A DNA stretch of 62,578 bases, counting the filler, from Nitrospirae bacterium CG2_30_53_67 (GTDB lineage Bacteria; CG2-30-53-67), in assembly GCA_001873285.1 (NCBI GenBank). It is 7 parts of 7 records of this genome, joined end to end, with 100 filler letters (N's around TTAATTAATTAA, not from the genome) between each part and the next. Parts side by side here need not be neighbours in the genome. Positions count along the whole stretch, not along the records: positions 56,731 to 62,578 come from MNYV01000099.1; 6 more parts are not named here. One strand, written 5' to 3'. A program made the position numbers and the translations under genes. The notes beneath the pieces were generated by a model. It was not told the origin of the DNA. It did no database searches and saw only the letters and a list, made by a program, of their open reading frames with translations. Each line of letters opens with the position of its first letter. Positions within the stretch are counted from its first letter, which is position 1. Below are positions 61,609 to 62,578 of the stretch, one piece after another.

Positions 61609-62578
61609 GCTTGAGAAGACCATCACCGAACTCACTCATCTCTTCTTCGAGACCGAAAAGAGCAGGAATTTAAAGACCCGCTTTGAGAATCCCCATCTGG
61701 TCAAATGCTGGGAGAAGACGGGCTGTACCCGCAGGGAATGCCCGGCCTATGGGGCCGAGAATTTACGCTGCTGGCAGATCGCCGGGACGCATTGCGGGGA
61801 TACGATTGTGGGGAGCCGCGCCCGCCTCCTTCAGGACTGCAAGGACTGTGAGGTCTTCAAGGCCTCCACACGGGAACCGGCATCCGATCTGGGCGAGCTC
61901 TTTAATAATATGATGTTTATCCTGGAGAGCAGCGACCAGAGCAAGTACAAGGAATGCTACATTAAATTCGAAGGCGTGGTCAACGAGATGTCCCGGCTTT
62001 TTTTTGAGGCCGAAGAGCACAAGGATTTCAAGACCCGCTTTGAGAATCCCCTTCTGGTGAAATGCTGGGAGTACACGCACTGTACCCGAGAGGGATGTCC
62101 GGCCTATGGTTCAAAGAACCGCCGCTGCTGGCAAATCGCCGGCACCCATTGCGGAGAGAAGGTGGTGGGGAAGAATGCCCGTCTCCTGGATGACTGCAAG
62201 GATTGTGACGTGTTCAAGTTGTCCACCCAGGATTCCATGGCCGAGTTGGGAGAACTTTTCAACAACATGATGTTTACCCTGGAACAGAGGATGGAGCAGA
62301 TCAGGGAGGCCGAGCTGGATCTGGAAAAGAGGATCGAGGAGGCCACGGTTCAGCTCAAGGAGTCACAGGCCCAGTTGATTCAAAAGGAGAAGATGGCCGG
62401 CGTGGGGCTTCTGGCCTCCGGCATCGCTCATGAGGTCGGGAATCCGCTCACGTCCATCTCTTCTCTGGTTCAATTGATCCAGAGAAAGACGGACGACCCT
62501 GTGAGTCAGGAAAGGCTCAGCCTGATTCGCAAACATATCGACCGGATCTCGGAAATTGTGCGGGAACTGGTAGACTTT
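61571..62578 (+). CDS. Soluble histidine kinase with two tandem 7-Cys (two-CW type) modules; runs off the window and is absent from the ORF track
   Basis: Manual translation from ATG 61571: MRAKFRNT...CWEKTGCTRRECPAYGAENLRCWQIAGTHC...CKDC, repeated 119 aa later, then EKMAGVGLLASGIAHEVGNPL H-box. Confidence 0.88.
   Translation, partial: MRAKFRNTEYGVELEKTITELTHLFFETEKSRNLKTRFENPHLVKCWEKTGCTRRECPAYGAENLRCWQIAGTHCGDTIVGSRARLLQDCKDCEVFKASTREPASDLGELFNNMMFILESSDQSKYKECYIKFEGVVNEMSRLFFEAEEHKDFKTRFENPLLVKCWEYTHCTREGCPAYGSKNRRCWQIAGTHCGEKVVGKNARLLDDCKDCDVFKLSTQDSMAELGELFNNMMFTLEQRMEQIREAELDLEKRIEEATVQLKESQAQLIQKEKMAGVGLLASGIAHEVGNPLTSISSLVQLIQRKTDDPVSQERLSLIRKHIDRISEIVRELVDF

Noticed and set aside
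61673..62282. 357-nt direct repeat as a DGR template/variable repeat pair
   Set aside because: Both copies are in frame in one ORF, differences are not confined to adenines, and no reverse transcriptase is in the window; it is a domain duplication.

Overview
The window is seven contigs of a metagenome-type assembly joined by artificial 100-nt N44-TTAATTAATTAA-N44 linkers, so adjacency across a linker is not real. Gene content suggests an anaerobic or microaerophilic Gram-negative bacterium, probably Nitrospirota or Desulfobacterota-like (inference). Housekeeping genes: smpB, ssrA (tmRNA), moaC, mtgA, dprA-topA-trmFO-xerC, dnaE-accA, ribD with an FMN riboswitch, copA, metK-ahcY. Redox genes: a Tat-exported 4Fe-4S protein with an NrfD/DsrP partner, four multiheme cytochromes c (4, 4, 5 and 9 CxxCH), two sigma-54 two-component systems, and a Fur-box operon (porin, FMN-binding protein, membrane protein). 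There are also two toxin-antitoxin pairs and an IS3 end. The most unusual signals are: (1) many intergenic spaces hold nested non-coding mobile elements. These include an 11-copy element with imperfect terminal inverted repeats and 8-nt tandem-repeat arms, in one copy carrying a deleted four-helix-bundle gene, and a smaller TIR-less hairpin element inserted at the same CCTTGA^ACCC site inside it four times. (2) Two histidine kinases carry an identically spaced 7-Cys module inside HAMP-like segments; one of these kinases is missing from the ORF track. (3) A locus runs pentaheme cytochrome, Cys-module kinase, sigma-54 activator, perfect -24/-12 promoter, secreted Ca-repeat/dockerin-like protein, then a ~1035-aa nonaheme cytochrome.
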